The notes below the pieces were generated by a model. The model saw only the letters and a program-made list of their open reading frames with translations, made no database searches and had not been told where the DNA came from. From Naegleria gruberi (taxonomy: Eukaryota), in the NCBI GenBank assembly GCA_000004985.1, contig GG738876.1: a DNA stretch of 64,000 bases, one strand, 5' to 3'. A program made the position numbers and the translations under genes. Below are positions 10,035 to 22,395 of the stretch, in pieces. Position 1 is the stretch's first letter, and the number at the start of each line of letters is the position of its first letter.

Positions 10035-12218
10035 ATGGAACAACGACAAGACTACGTTGCCGAAGAACAAGAAGAGGACATGTTTTTCAATGCTGGAAGA
10101 GTTGCCAACTATGCTGAACAATATGCACCTTCCCAAAGATTGAAAGATAATCTTCTTGGAAAGTCTTCCTCCAATAATCAGGACGATATTAATCTTCAAA
10201 AGCAATTGAATAAGCAACAACAACAACAACAACAACCAATACAGCAACCAATACAACAGCAACAACAACAACAATATCAACAACCACCAATTGCTGCCAT
10301 CACTACTCCAATAAGAACCATGAATAATAGCAATAATACAAATATTGTTAGTAATAATAGTAATACCGTACCAACCCCTTTGATGATGAGCAGCAATAGT
10401 AATTCAACCACTAGAAATGTACCATTATCAACACCAATGAATAGTTATAATAATAATAATAGCAGCATTCCTTCAACAGAATCTAGATTGCCTACACTTC
10501 CATCAATTCCTTCAACAATTTTAAATAGCTCATCTACTCTAAGTAATAGTGCCACATCTTCCTCCATAGAAAAAACTCTTCCAATCCTTTCTAGTCCTGG
10601 TGTAGTAGGTGTAGTGAGTTCAGATCAGAAAAGAAAGATTTCATTGCAGTATTTGGCAGAAATATCCAACTTTTCAAGAAAAGACGTTCAAGGTTTGTTA
10701 TTCTATACTTGAATTTATGATTGATTTACTTTTATAGATGCTATGGTCAGTAAGATTGATAGTGAGTCAGGAGAAATCTATGGTAACATACCAGAGATTA
10801 TTGTTGGTATGAAATACTCATCCAGAATGGACTTGTTGGATGCAAAGATTCACACAGACCTCCAGTCAGATATTTGTACAAATGGGAATTATATCAAACC
10901 AGTCCCTGCTCTCATAATTTATGATACACAAGAGAGACATGAGGATAGAGGAACTGTTGTACTTTACTCTATTCCATTCAATGGTGTTCACTCAGACCTT
11001 TATACAGCTCCATCTATTAAGGGTACACCTTGTGAGGCTCTCGCTCAAAATTCTATCTACAAGATTCCTGTTAGAGTTATTAGAGGTAGTTATGAATCAT
11101 CGGTTGATGATGGAAAGAAGTTTAGAAATGGACATTGTCCAACACAAGGATACAGATATGATGGTATTTACTTTGTTGGCGAATACTTTTATGAACCAGG
11201 TGCAACCTCCTTTGTATTCAAGTTGATCAGAATATATGGGCAACCTGAATTACCACATGCTCCCAACTTGGCTGAACCTCCTGTTAGAAACAATTCCTCT
11301 AATAACCAAATACCTCCTTCATTCTCAAATCCGCAACAACAAGGACCACCATCTAATATGCCAAACATGCCAAACGATAGAAAGATATTTGGAATACCTT
11401 CTTTCGTTACACAAAGAATACTATCAGGAAGTAACCAAGACTACCTAGCTCAGAGTACAAGAAACTCACACAACATGCCATTCATACCATCCCTTCCTCA
11501 AAACTACTCACATTCCAATAATTATAATAGCCAAGCAAATAATCCTCAAAACCCTCATTCACTTCCAGCCATGCCTTCAATGCCAAACATGAACTATAAT
11601 AGAAATAACTTCCCAAATAACAATAACATGAATAATAATAACTACAACGAACCACCTCCTCAAAACAATAGACCTATTATGAGAAATACTGGTCAGTCAA
11701 GCTCACAATCATTTGGTTCTCCATCATTCCCTAATAATGGTAATAATAACAATAGCAGTAGCAATAATAATAATGATGGACTTAATCTGACTCATACCTC
11801 TGTAAGACAAATGATTAATAACCTCAAATTCCAAAACAGTAACTTTGGTGGCCGTATTCAGTCATATTCGTATAATATTTCAGAGTTAGCTTCTAAGGTA
11901 GAAGATGTACAAAAATCAATGCCAGCCCTTGGTAGACAATTAACTTCGAGAAATAAGACTTTCACATGGAAGTTGGGACAAGAGAAAGAACAGGAAGAAT
12001 ATGACAGAACTAAATACTTTGTCTATGACGATGATGAGGATGTAAGTGAAGAGGAAGAATTAGAAATTGAAAGACCTTCAAGATCTAAAAAGAAAAAGAC
12101 ACATCATACAAGCAGTGGCAGTAGTGGTACAATGAGTAGTAGTGGGAATAATAGTGTGAGAACAACCCCCAATGATTCGAATTCGACAAACTCAAACAAT
12201 AAACAACAGCAACACTAA
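10035..12218 (+). CDS. SRA-YDG domain protein. Poly-Q/N-rich N-terminal exon (10035..10692), 45-nt intron (10693..10737), then the YDG domain and N/Q/P-rich tail.
   Basis: 'YGNIPEIIVGMKYSSRMDLLDAKIHTDLQSDIC...IRGSY...GYRYDGIYFVGEYF' matches the SRA/YDG fold motifs (G.IPG..VG..F..R.EL...G.H; RYDG.Y). CAA/CAG repeats give poly-Q. Confidence 0.75.
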
Positions 12219-12241
12219 TTATTGTTGATATTAAAAGAAAA

Positions 12242-13917
12242 ATGCAAAACAATAAGAAGGAACAATCAGCCGAAAACTCTGACGATTTTCAACTCGTTTC
12301 CAAGAAAAAGACAAGTGGAAGACCACATAAAACCAATAAGAGATTAACAAACAACAAACACCATCACGATGTTAAACATCAAAAGAGTGAAAAATCATCA
12401 TCAGCAGCAACAATTGGAAAACAATCAATTACTTCCACTACCACTCCCACTGCACAACAACATTCGGAATCATCAACATTACCTGTTATTATTAAACAAA
12501 ATCAAGTATCATCCACTCCTGCTGCCACTCCAACAAATGTAGTTTCCTCCTATTCAGCAGCAGTAATTTTGAATAAGAACACAACAATTACACCATCTTC
12601 AAACTTTTATTCCATTCCTCATGATCATGACAATAATTTGAGAAATAATCATCAATCAAAGAATAAGAAGGATTCCACTTCTCTTAAAAACAAACCCAAT
12701 GAAAAGAGTAATAGAAAACAACAATCAAATAAGAAAATTGAAAAGAAACAACCCCAAATGGTTGTTCGTAAAGTTAAACCAATTCCTCAATTCTTTATTA
12801 TTAGAAAACCAATGAATCAAGGAGAATTTCACTATGAAAATTCATCTTTAAAACCAATAATTCCAAAGGAACCTCAAGATGAAATGGGAAGATCATTCTA
12901 TAATTCATTAAAGAGTTTTATTGAAGATAGGAATGCCCATGTTTATGACTTTCCAAATACTTTAAATTTAAATCAAAGAAAGAAAGTTCATAATTTAGCA
13001 GAGGAATTTAAATTGGATCACTTTTCAAGAGGATCAAATCCTTTCCGTTATATTTGTGTTTCTAAACGTGATATGAAAATTAAAGATGAATTCCAGGTAT
13101 GTTTTAAATAGGTTAAATAGATAGATGAAGGAATTTATTGCAGTATTTTGGATATATTGGATTGTTTGGACACTCAATTGATGAATTTGTTAGAAAATTC
13201 ACACTTAATCCTGAATTATCATCCAATCAACCACTTTTACAAAAGAGAATTAAACGTGATGGACCAATTCATCATATTACCATAATGACACGTCCAGAAA
13301 TTAATACAGCTATCAAAAATATGGATGCTAAGGAATTGGATCACTTATTTACCAATGATCAAAAGCAAAAGATGAAAAATGGAACAGAAGAGGAAAAAAT
13401 TGAAATTTTAATGAATATCATTTCAAGAGTTGTTGTAAATGACTATCAAACATTAGGATTGGGTAAAATTACTGAAAAATTATCTCATTTTGAAGGAAAG
13501 AAGACAGATGATGTGAACGAAGCTTACTTTGTAATTGTTGATTGGCCTAGTGCACAGAAATTGAGAGGAGTTTTGGGATTGGAACCTTATAGTTTCCACA
13601 TTACTGTTGCTTATAAATACGGAGATATTCATGGAGTGACTAAAGATATGTCAACTCAAATTTCATCACAATCATTTGAGATTACCAACGAATTTTTACA
13701 AAAGAAGGAAAATGATATGGAAAATCTCTTAAGGTTTATTGGAGTTGATACTAGATATGCTCGTTCACTGATAAATCTTGGTTGGTTCAATACTGAATCA
13801 ATTGCAAATATTGAAAAGATGGATTTGAGTGATGTTGGAATGACAGAAGAGGATCAAAATAAGATTTTATCATTTGTTCAAGATTTTGCAAATAATTACA
13901 AAAATTATAAAAAGTAA
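12242..13917 (+). CDS. R3H domain plus 2H-phosphoesterase (HxTx x2) domain protein. Two exons with a 45-nt intron at 13099..13143.
   Basis: R3H-like 'LNQRKKVHNLAEEFKLDHFSRGSNPFRYICVSKR'. Downstream there are two H-x-T-x motifs ('HHITIM' and 'FHITVAYKYGDIHGV') typical of the LigT/CPDase 2H superfamily. GTATGT donor and CAG acceptor are in phase. Confidence 0.6.
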
Positions 13918-14007
13918 TCAAGATCATGATTAAGATTTCAAAAGTATTTATTGAACCAACACCAAGTTAAATAATAAATTATTTTAATGTTTTAAATTTT
14001 AAAAAAA

Positions 14008-14397
14008 ATGGACAAATACTTGAACAGTAAGTAGAAAAAGGTGTGATTGTTTTTTAAATTCCTACCACTATAATCATCGGATCTTTAAAGATACTGTTGC
14101 TGTTGTAACTTGTGATGGTAGATATATTATGGGAGTATTGGAAGGATATGATCAACATACAAATTTGATTATAAAAGATTGCACAGAAAATAAGTATGAT
14201 CCTGAACAAGGAGTTATTCAAGAAAGTTTAGGACTTCAAATTCTAAGAGGAAATAACATGTATGTAAAATAATTATTGAATTTACAATGTTAATATTTAA
14301 TAATAGTGTTTTTATTTCCGAAATTGATGACAAATTATTCGAGAATATGAAAATTAATAGGAAATTGGCAGTTCCACTCAAGAAATGTTCAAAATAA
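14008..14397 (+). CDS. LSM8: U6 snRNA-associated Sm-like protein LSm8. Three exons: 14008..14026, 14091..14259, 14307..14397. Not present in the ORF track.
   Basis: Spliced translation 'MDKYLNNTVAVVTCDGRYIMGVLEGYDQHTNLIIKDCTENKYDPEQGVIQESLGLQILRGNNIVFISEIDDK..' aligns along its whole length with LSm8 ('LENYINRTVAVITSDGRMIVGTLKGFDQTINLIL...GLYIVRGDNVAVIGEIDEE'). Introns have GTAAGT/GTATGT donors and AG acceptors in phase. Confidence 0.85.
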
Positions 14398-14519
14398 TTA
14401 CTTAATTGAAAATAGGACATATGATGACAACTAGAACAACAAACTCTTTTTCAATTGGTTTTGATGTATTTGGTGAAGAACTTAGAACAGAAAGAAGAAA
14501 GTTAATTTTCGTTTATGAT

Positions 14520-16501
14520 TTATAAATTTTGAATCCAATCTTTATTACTAGTATCAAACGAAACTATATTCTTCTTAAATGAAGTGGGTGATGATGATTT
14601 AGGTTTGTTGGTTGTTGGAGAAATATTTCCACCGAGTGAAAATGTGAAATTTGTTGATTTTTCTGGTGTTGATACAGATTCTGTGCTTGCACTCTCCCTA
14701 GATGATTTGTAATAATTGGTAAAGCTATCTAATTTTGATGCTTGTTCTGGTTGTACAGATAACGTTCTATCACTTGAGGAATAATCTGTATTATAAGTAC
14801 CAGAGCTAATGTTTAGCCCTGAGCTTAAACCACTATATCCTAGACTTTCAGTGTATCCTTGAGTTATAGATCTACTTTGCTTTGACATTAGAGTATCAAT
14901 CGTAAATTGGTTTTGCTCTATCTTTTTGTGGGCCTCTTTCAAATCAGTATCTTTTTCTTCAAGTTTTTTCTGGATTGATCGCAAATTGGCTTCATATTCT
15001 TGAAGTGCTAAATTTCTCTTTTCTACAGTTTTGGCTAATTGTTGTTTTTCCATTTCCTTCTTCTTGAGTGCGTGTTGGAAACTTTGCATTTTAAGCTTTC
15101 TTTCTTGTTCTTTTTCTTGGTTGTGACTTTCTCTTTGGGCATACTTTTTGATGATGGCATGACACTTCTCAACATCATCTGATTTCTCTTTAACTTCTCT
15201 TTCCAAGTATTCCAATTTTGATTTAAGCTCTGCAATTATTTCTGACTTTGAGAGCTCTTGCTGTTCTTTCTCTTTCAAGTGATCTCCAAGTGTTTTGAGA
15301 GACATTCCTTTTTCTTTCATTAATTCTTCATTTAGTGTGACCCTTGTCTCCAATTCTCTAATCTTCTTTTCATTTTCAAATCGAAGTGAATCCAACTCTC
15401 TATTTTGATCTCTGAGTTTGGTAATTTCATCAAGGTAAGATTTTTTCTCATTTTCAAGCTGAGAGGATCGGCTAGTTATTTGCCTTAAATCATTCTCAAG
15501 TCTGAATTTTTGAGAAATTAATTCATTGTTCTGTGTTCGGTATTCTTCTAATTTTTGGCTTAGTGTTTTGGTTTCAATATCTTTTCTTTCTTCTGTCTCC
15601 TTTTTCTCTGTTTCGAGCTTCGTTTGAAATGAACGAATTTCTTCCATGTGCTTTTCTTTCATTCTTGTAATTTCTTCTTTTAATTTATAGGTGGATGTTG
15701 TTATCTCCTTCTCTTTACTCATTAATAAAGCATTTCTTTCTTCCTTTAGCTCATCCACAACATTTTCCAATTGTTCGATTTTGTGTCTGTAATCCGAATC
15801 AGAATTCTCGAATTTTTGTGTGCTCTCCAATGCTATTTGCTTCCAATATTTAAGTTGATTGGCAAGGTATTCTTTTTTTTGTTCATTAGAGCCTTCAACT
15901 AATTCCAAATGGAATTTCGAGCTTTCACTGAAGGGATCAGAATTAATTATTTCCAAGACCGCTTTTCCTTTTCCTTGATGAATACTTAATTTAATAAACC
16001 AACTATGAAAGCATTAGGAAATTATATTTTGTAGTATACATACTCTTGATTATTGTCAGAATGAGATCCACGACACATTTCAAACATATTTTCGAGGTGA
16101 CTTGTAAATTGGGAAAAGTCTGTCTTAATTCTTTGTGAGGTTTTCATATTTCTATACGCACTCTCATCTATTTGAGCTGTAAAAAGGAAGTAAAGATCGG
16201 AATCATCGGTTAATGTAAATATAAGACTAGAATAATTTGCTGGTTGTTGTTTTTTCATTGATGAAAGGGTTGAAGAAGAGGCTGGAAGGACTGTTGTTGG
16301 AAGGCAAGACGAGTTGCAAGAGATTGTTATTTTAATTGTAAATAACTTTCCCTCGTTGTATGTTTCACCGATCTGGTTACTGTTGCTGCATACTGAAGGG
16401 TCCTTGAATACATAGACAGGAAGGACAGACTCATAGAGAGGTCTAACTTCTGTTGGTTTTTGCATTTTTTTTTGCGTTAATTTTGTAGTCCTTCCCGCCA
16501 C
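14520..16501 (-). CDS. SAS6: Centriole cartwheel protein SAS-6. Exons 16044..16501 and 14520..16002, with a 41-nt intron at 16003..16043. N-terminal PISA/head domain plus a long coiled coil.
   Basis: 'VLPVYVFKDPS...IFTLTDDSDLYFLFTAQIDESAY' matches the SAS-6 head ('LVPLQVKCKD...IRLTDDTDPFFLY..ISEEDF'). '..LEIINSDPFSESSKFHLELVEG' matches '[22 protein letters not shown]'. It is followed by ~400 aa of heptad-rich coiled coil (E/K/L-rich). Confidence 0.85.
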
Positions 16502-16537
16502 CAGATGTTTTGTACAAAGTTTTGGAGGGAAATTTAT

Positions 16538-19500
16538 TTACATGATATCATCGTCCGACAATTCCAAAAGTTTCGATATTTCATCTTTCAAATCTTTAAC
16601 AGAGGATTTTCTTTGGGGAACCTTTGATGTAGTTGTGGTTGACTTCTTAGGTGAAGATTCTGGTGAGGCAAATGAAATCTTCTTCTTTGGCTTTTCCTTG
16701 ACTAGTGGCTTTTCTGATTCTTCATCATCAGAGCTTGACAGCAATCCAAGTTCTTCATCATCTGTACCCTCACTTTCGTATTGGTGGGCTGAAGAAGATC
16801 CAGAAACTGACTTTTTCTTAGCATTTGATTTTCTAACATCTACTTCATCAATGTCAGGAATAAGTGGACTTAATGGTGTTGGTGGATCTTGCATTGTTGG
16901 AATTGGAGATGCGTCAATCATCATGGATGAGCTAGGATCAATATTACTTGTGTTGCTTTTCTTTTTTGGTGTTGAAAATAGAGATTTCTCTTCTCCAATT
17001 TCGATCAAATTTACCTTGAGCTCTGAAGGGTTAGTATTTTTGGTTCTTTCAAACCTCTTAGTACCTTCTGGTGTTGTTGATTCTTGAATTTCTTTTTCAT
17101 CCAATTCATCTAAGAAGAGTTCTAAATCAACTTCCTTCTCAGCAAGTTGATTATTGATTTCCTCCTCTATTGCCTCATCATCAATTACTTCTGGATTTTC
17201 ATCATTCTTTTCTGTTTGTTCTATAATTGCAAGGAATTTCTCTAAATTCTTGATGGATGGTTTGTGGTCGATCTTTTTGATTGCTTTCTCAAGAAGGAGT
17301 TTAATCTTTCTTAAATGTCTCTTGTTAGAGTCAAAGATTTTGAGCGAAGAAAGTTGTTTACAATAGTATTCGCTCTCCTTTGCTTGTGGATTGATAAGAA
17401 TTTCAAAAAGTATGTTAAGTGCTAAATTTTCATGTAAAAGTAGTGTGTCTGGTTTGGTGATTAATTGCTGACTTTCTATCAACTTGTCTGGGTTAGTGAG
17501 TTCAGCAAGATAAGATAACAGCTGGGCAACATTAACCTGGCTTAGATATGAATTCTTCTTAGAGTGAACAACTCTTCTCAAGGAATCCATAACTATTGAT
17601 CCGACCAATTTCATATTCTTGGCAAGGCTATAGGAATAGGCAGGGAGGAAAACAGTAAGACATTGTCTTAATCTATTATCTTTTGATGTTACATTACTGA
17701 ATAGGAGGAGAATCATATCAGATAGAACTTCCTTTGAGTACTCTTCGTCTAACTTACTAGAAAGAAGAAGTTTGGCAAAGCCTTCCACAGTAGTAGCTCT
17801 AATTTGTCTTTCGACATTCGAGAAAATATTCTTTACCTTATCCATCTTTCCTTTCATCTCTGTTTTGCTGAAAATTTTTGGTGCTGAGTGAATGAGAAGT
17901 ATATCAAAAATGGCCTCTAAAATAGCATTGATGCATGAGGTATCAGTTTCAACTGAAAGCATGTTAAATAATTTGTCTATATGTTCTTTTGCAATATCAA
18001 TTCCTAATGCACAGAATTGTCCCAATACTGTTATGGACATCATTCGTAGATATGGATATGTATGAGAAAGGGTTTGTAACACAAGATCGTCAAGCAAATA
18101 AATAAATTGGGATATATCAATTGGATAGTCAGATTGCAGTATGAACTGAGAGGTTATATGAAGAGCTCTAAGCCACATACATATCTCTTCAATATCATTA
18201 GGAAGGTCTTCTTCTTTTAGAATACATAATTCATCTTGTAATTTTTCTTGTTCAGATTTAAGTTCTTGTATTTCATCTCTTTTCTTTTTTGCCTCCAAGT
18301 ATTCCTCTTTTTTAGCAAGTTGATCCTTTTCTTTAGTCAATATTGTTATTTTTGAGAAAATTTCTTGTTTTCTTTCCTCTAGGGATCGAATTTTTTCCTT
18401 CTTTTCAATTTCTCTTCTTTGCCTCTCCTCTCTGCTTTGTTCAGACGAAATACCAGAAGCAACAGTTCTAACCAAGTCAATCTTTGTAAGTACAGTTGTT
18501 TGGAAATCTTCTTGATTAGGGAGAATACTCTTGAGTGCTTCAATGATTTCCTTTACATGAGTCTCAGGTGCTTGGAATACAGATAAAAGCTCGCTCAAAA
18601 GTGAATGAATGTTGGTTCGTCCAACCTCATCACTATAATCTAGATATTTAGAAAGCATTAACAATTGTTTCACAATGAAATCCTCACTACTCTTAATATA
18701 ATTAATAATCAGATGCACAAAATCAGTTATTGAGCTTGGTAAGATCTCTTCAATGGATTGTTTTTGATTAATTAAATATTCACATTTACATCTCCAAAAT
18801 AAAGCCATCTCAGGTGTTAACTTTGTACTGTCTACATGGTCTCCATTTAAAACCAATTTGTCTGATTTGTCTTTTTTTGTTAATATAAGTTTGATTATCT
18901 TTTCACAAGTCTCCTCATATTCCGTAACATCGAGTAAATTTAAAAACTTTTCAATATTGTTGTCATTTTCTTGAAACCATTTCTCAATTAAAAACTTTTC
19001 AACTTGTTCTCTTACAGAAGTATTTCTTTCCTTCAAACCAAAAGAAATAATACTTTCTCTTTGTTGAATACTAAAGTTCTTAATCTTGACTGCAGAGAAA
19101 ATCTTCTCATACGCAGCAGCTCTAACATCCTCTTTTACATCCTTAATTTTTTCTAAAACTGAAGAAAGAGTTTGTTTCAAAAGATAGATTCTTTTTACAG
19201 CCTCCTTTCTTACATCTTTGTTAGTGTCTGTTTTCATCAATCTGATAAACTCATTTGTTATTTCAGGCTCCGTAATTGGTTCTTGAAACTTGTATAATAC
19301 AAGTATTGCCAAAAGTCTAATGCCAGGAACCTTATCACGTAATCTACCCACATATTTTTCCTTGAGTTCATTAATAAAGTCAACATCAACATCATCCTCT
19401 GGTGTGATCTTGTCCATAATTTCGGCAATTATTTGGGCAGTTCTCATTCTAATAGTTTTATCTGTTGCATTGGCGTAACCCAATAAACTGTACATGAGAT

Positions 19501-19900
19501 CAACATCAAAATTTTCTGTTGAATCACGAAGTTTCTTGTTAGTATATTCACAAAACTTTCCGATAAATTTAATTATCAGTTCAACAGGCTTCTCGTTTTT
19601 AGAAACTAATAATACAGGATGTAATACTTCAAAAAACTTTTGGAGAAATGCCGAATAGTTTTCTTCATGTAATTTCGCCAGAACTTCTATACATTTATCA
19701 TGTGAAGCATGTGATTTTTGAGCCTTGTTGAATTGTTTTGCGATCGCCACAAAAGTTGGATCTTTATCTGTTGTCTTTTTCTTCTTTTTTGCTGGCTCGG
19801 AAGAAGACGATGTTGACTTCTTTTTAACAGTCGAAGAAGATGAAGTTTCTTTCTTCTTTTCCTTCTTGTCTTTAGCAGGCATTTTTTCTTTAATTAACAA
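16538..19900 (-). CDS. NCAPG: Condensin complex subunit 3 (CAP-G/Cnd3/Ycg1), a HEAT-repeat protein with an acidic S-rich C-terminal tail. Apparently a single exon of 1120 aa.
   Basis: 'LTPEMALFWRCKCEYLINQKQSIEEILPSSITDFVHLIINYI' matches CAP-G 'LTPEIALYWCALCEYLKSKGDEGEEFLEQILPEPVVYADYLLSYI'. 'DKVPGIRLLAILVLYKFQ' matches 'DKIPNVRIQAVLALSRLQ'. Confidence 0.85.
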   Translation of the reverse strand: MLIKEKMPAKDKKEKKKETSSSSTVKKKSTSSSSEPAKKKKKTTDKDPTFVAIAKQFNKAQKSHASHDKCIEVLAKLHEENYSAFLQKFFEVLHPVLLVSKNEKPVELIIKFIGKFCEYTNKKLRDSTENFDVDLMYSLLGYANATDKTIRMRTAQIIAEIMDKITPEDDVDVDFINELKEKYVGRLRDKVPGIRLLAILVLYKFQEPITEPEITNEFIRLMKTDTNKDVRKEAVKRIYLLKQTLSSVLEKIKDVKEDVRAAAYEKIFSAVKIKNFSIQQRESIISFGLKERNTSVREQVEKFLIEKWFQENDNNIEKFLNLLDVTEYEETCEKIIKLILTKKDKSDKLVLNGDHVDSTKLTPEMALFWRCKCEYLINQKQSIEEILPSSITDFVHLIINYIKSSEDFIVKQLLMLSKYLDYSDEVGRTNIHSLLSELLSVFQAPETHVKEIIEALKSILPNQEDFQTTVLTKIDLVRTVASGISSEQSREERQRREIEKKEKIRSLEERKQEIFSKITILTKEKDQLAKKEEYLEAKKKRDEIQELKSEQEKLQDELCILKEEDLPNDIEEICMWLRALHITSQFILQSDYPIDISQFIYLLDDLVLQTLSHTYPYLRMMSITVLGQFCALGIDIAKEHIDKLFNMLSVETDTSCINAILEAIFDILLIHSAPKIFSKTEMKGKMDKVKNIFSNVERQIRATTVEGFAKLLLSSKLDEEYSKEVLSDMILLLFSNVTSKDNRLRQCLTVFLPAYSYSLAKNMKLVGSIVMDSLRRVVHSKKNSYLSQVNVAQLLSYLAELTNPDKLIESQQLITKPDTLLLHENLALNILFEILINPQAKESEYYCKQLSSLKIFDSNKRHLRKIKLLLEKAIKKIDHKPSIKNLEKFLAIIEQTEKNDENPEVIDDEAIEEEINNQLAEKEVDLELFLDELDEKEIQESTTPEGTKRFERTKNTNPSELKVNLIEIGEEKSLFSTPKKKSNTSNIDPSSSMMIDASPIPTMQDPPTPLSPLIPDIDEVDVRKSNAKKKSVSGSSSAHQYESEGTDDEELGLLSSSDDEESEKPLVKEKPKKKISFASPESSPKKSTTTTSKVPQRKSSVKDLKDEISKLLELSDDDIM

Positions 19901-20175
19901 ACATAAATTTATGATTTTCTGGCGGCATTTTTGCTTGATGCAAAAGGCGGGAAAGACCTCTCTTCAATCCCTCCTTTTTACAACTACTATTTTGTGTTTT
20001 AGGCAAAAAAACTACAACTACATTGATCTGCTCTGCTGGTTGTTATTGAAGGTTCTCATAAATCGTATCGTATGAATCAATAGCCTTTTGGGCTCCTAAT
20101 AGATTGCTGCAGAATTTTCTAAGTGATCATACAAACCTAAGGAACCTCTAATTCCAACTTAACCTTATTTATTAT

Positions 20176-21171
20176 TTGTACAAATCTTGTTGTTGTATTA
20201 TATCTTCCCTTTTAATTTATAACTTAGTAATTATGCTCTTTGAACACAGATATATTTCCCCATCTTCGGTGGATGTAATGATGAAAAATCAACTCTATCA
20301 AATTCATAATGCTCGTGGAGGCATTCAAACCTCAACGGAATCATGTTTCAACCAACAACCCGACCATATACACTATATTCAAAATCAATATGGACAGATG
20401 AACATCTCTTCTCATTCCTATGATCATCACTATTCTGAGAATATACCTCAACAACATAATTATTATTACAACAACCATGAGGATATAAATCAACAATTAA
20501 AAACAAACTACCAAAACATTAGAAACGCGAATACAGCCAATGGATTTATTAGCATTTCTGAATTTGCTCCTCTTAATGAAAATCAACCGCCCTTAAAACA
20601 AACTAACCTTAATCAACCAAAGCAATCTAAACCTCCACCTTCAACAACTTCCAAATTATCAGACCCTCCAAAAAGCAATTTAGAACAATACTTTAGCACA
20701 ACTGACTTTAATGATATCGTCGTCCAACAATCTACCAACCAACAACAAACTAATGATAATCAAGCATCTTATAATGGAAAGGACAGATACAAGACAGAGT
20801 TATGTCGATCATGGGAGGAAACTGGATATTGTAGATATGGAGATAAATGCCAGTTTGCTCATGGTAGACATGAATTAAGGTTGGTGACAAGACATCACAA
20901 AGTAAGTTGTAATTGAATGTTTTTTTGTAACCTTAAATAGTACAAAAGTGAGCTTTGCAATAATTACCATTACGAAGGAACTTGTATGTATGGTATAAGA
21001 TGTTGTTTTATCCATTCCATTGATAGATGTGTGATTGGAAGAGCTCTTAGTCAAAATATCGATATGGTTCCAATTCACCAAACTTCACGATTACCAGTTT
21101 TTCAAGATTTAAAACCAACACCCCAACTTACCTCTGCATTCTTGTTTACAAATGAAGCTGTAAATCAGTAA
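20176..21171 (+). CDS. Tandem CCCH zinc-finger protein of the TIS11/tristetraprolin type. Exon 1 is 20176..20901, intron 20902..20940, exon 2 is 20941..21171.
   Basis: Finger 1 '[31 protein letters not shown]' and finger 2 after splicing '[26 protein letters not shown]' give the canonical C-x8-C-x5-C-x3-H pair with an 18-aa spacer. GTAAGT donor. Confidence 0.8.
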
Positions 21172-21349
21172 GCAATATCCCCACAATTGATCTAACTTAA
21201 TTTATTGGAATTTTGTAATCTATATAGATTTCCTAATTTATGGAGAATGAAAAATCATTTCTCATCCTATTTATTTATTCCCTCATCATCAAAATACAAT
21301 ATAAATACTCATCAATCTAATAAATAAAATAATTATTTATACTATTGAA

Positions 21350-21725
21350 TTATTTCTTTGTGAAAGCAACTTCCTTTGATCCGTCATCATAGTGATATTC
21401 GAAAACAGCACCAACATCATCATTACCAGTTTGTTTTTCATTGAAATATAAATGTTTAAGTCTAGAATCAACAAATGGATAGGCATTGGCAGCATCAACA
21501 TTGAAGGCCTTGTATCCGAAGTAAGTAACCAAAGGGAGGAAAGGAGCTAAAATTATTCATCACATCAATTAAAATTCCAAATATTATTTTCCAATAAACC
21601 TACCAGCAATAAAGTAAGCAAGTGAGTAGAAGGCACTTGGTTCAGACTTTTCAAATCCTCTCCATCCGTTATCATAATAAGTCAAATCACGGAAGATGCC
21701 GAGCTTGGATACGAATTTATGTCTC
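21350..21725 (-). CDS. Small conserved-looking protein of about 107 aa with one hydrophobic segment (two exons). Possibly a small mitochondrial membrane subunit, but not identified.
   Basis: Spliced reading 'MRHKFVSKLGIFRDLTYYDNGWRGFEKSEPSAFYSLAYFIAG|APFLPLVTYFGYKAFNVDAANAYPFVDSRLKHLYFNEKQTGNDDVGAVFEYHYDDGSKEVAFTKK' with a GTAGGT..TTTAG intron. Confidence 0.4.
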
Positions 21726-21931
21726 ATTTTTGTATTTTTTATTTAAAATTTCCAATAGTATTTTTTAATTAAACAATTCGATTAATTATTGTGATTCACA
21801 AACGATTTCATGCAACAATCAGGGCAAGAAGAGAATGTTCTTTAACATCATCAACAAAGATTCAAGATGAATTAAAATTCAATATCGGAATGGTTTTTAT
21901 GCAATTTCAAATTTTTACTTGCCGTTAAAAA

Positions 21932-22366
21932 ATGAGACTCCTTGTTCATAACATGATGTGTTGTTTAAAGTGTGACACATTCCCACTTAAAATTGAAGCA
22001 ACCGAAGTTGAAAATGAAGAACAAGAAGACAATAAGGAATTTATTTTAAATATGTTGCAAAGAGTTGATTATGAAGCATTAAAAGGTGCCGCAAAGGATG
22101 TATGTATTTTGAAAAAAAGAAAAATTAATTAATTCCGATTATGTTTTGATTAGCTTTCTATTGAAGGTTTACCTGATATTTTACCAGAAAATGTTGGAGA
22201 AAATGAAGCTGCTATGAAATCATTGCATAAACTTCTTTTGGAATTGCAAGTTAAGAATGGAGATTTGGTTTGTACTAATCCACAATGTGGAAGAAGATAT
22301 CCAATCAAGGATAGAATACCGAACATGGTTTTGAGAGATGATGAAGTTATGGAACTGAAAAAGTAA
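21932..22366 (+). CDS. TRM112: Methyltransferase activator TRM112. Two exons with an intron at about 22108..22150.
   Basis: 'MRLLVHNMMCCLKCDTFPLKIEATEV' matches 'MKLLTHNLLSS...FPL...ATEV'. The C-terminus 'LVCTNPQCGRRYPIKDRIPNMVLRDDEV' matches '[25 protein letters not shown]'. Confidence 0.85.
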
Positions 22367-22395
22367 ATAAATTGGAAAATAATTATTTATCTAGC

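Noticed and set aside
10029-10283. Minus-strand poly-Leu ORF
   Set aside because: It is the antisense reading of the CAA/CAG poly-Q repeat in the SRA-YDG gene.
16542-17366. Plus-strand ORFs inside the CAP-G locus
   Set aside because: They are antisense to a well-supported 1120-aa CDS. They are S/F-rich shadow translations.
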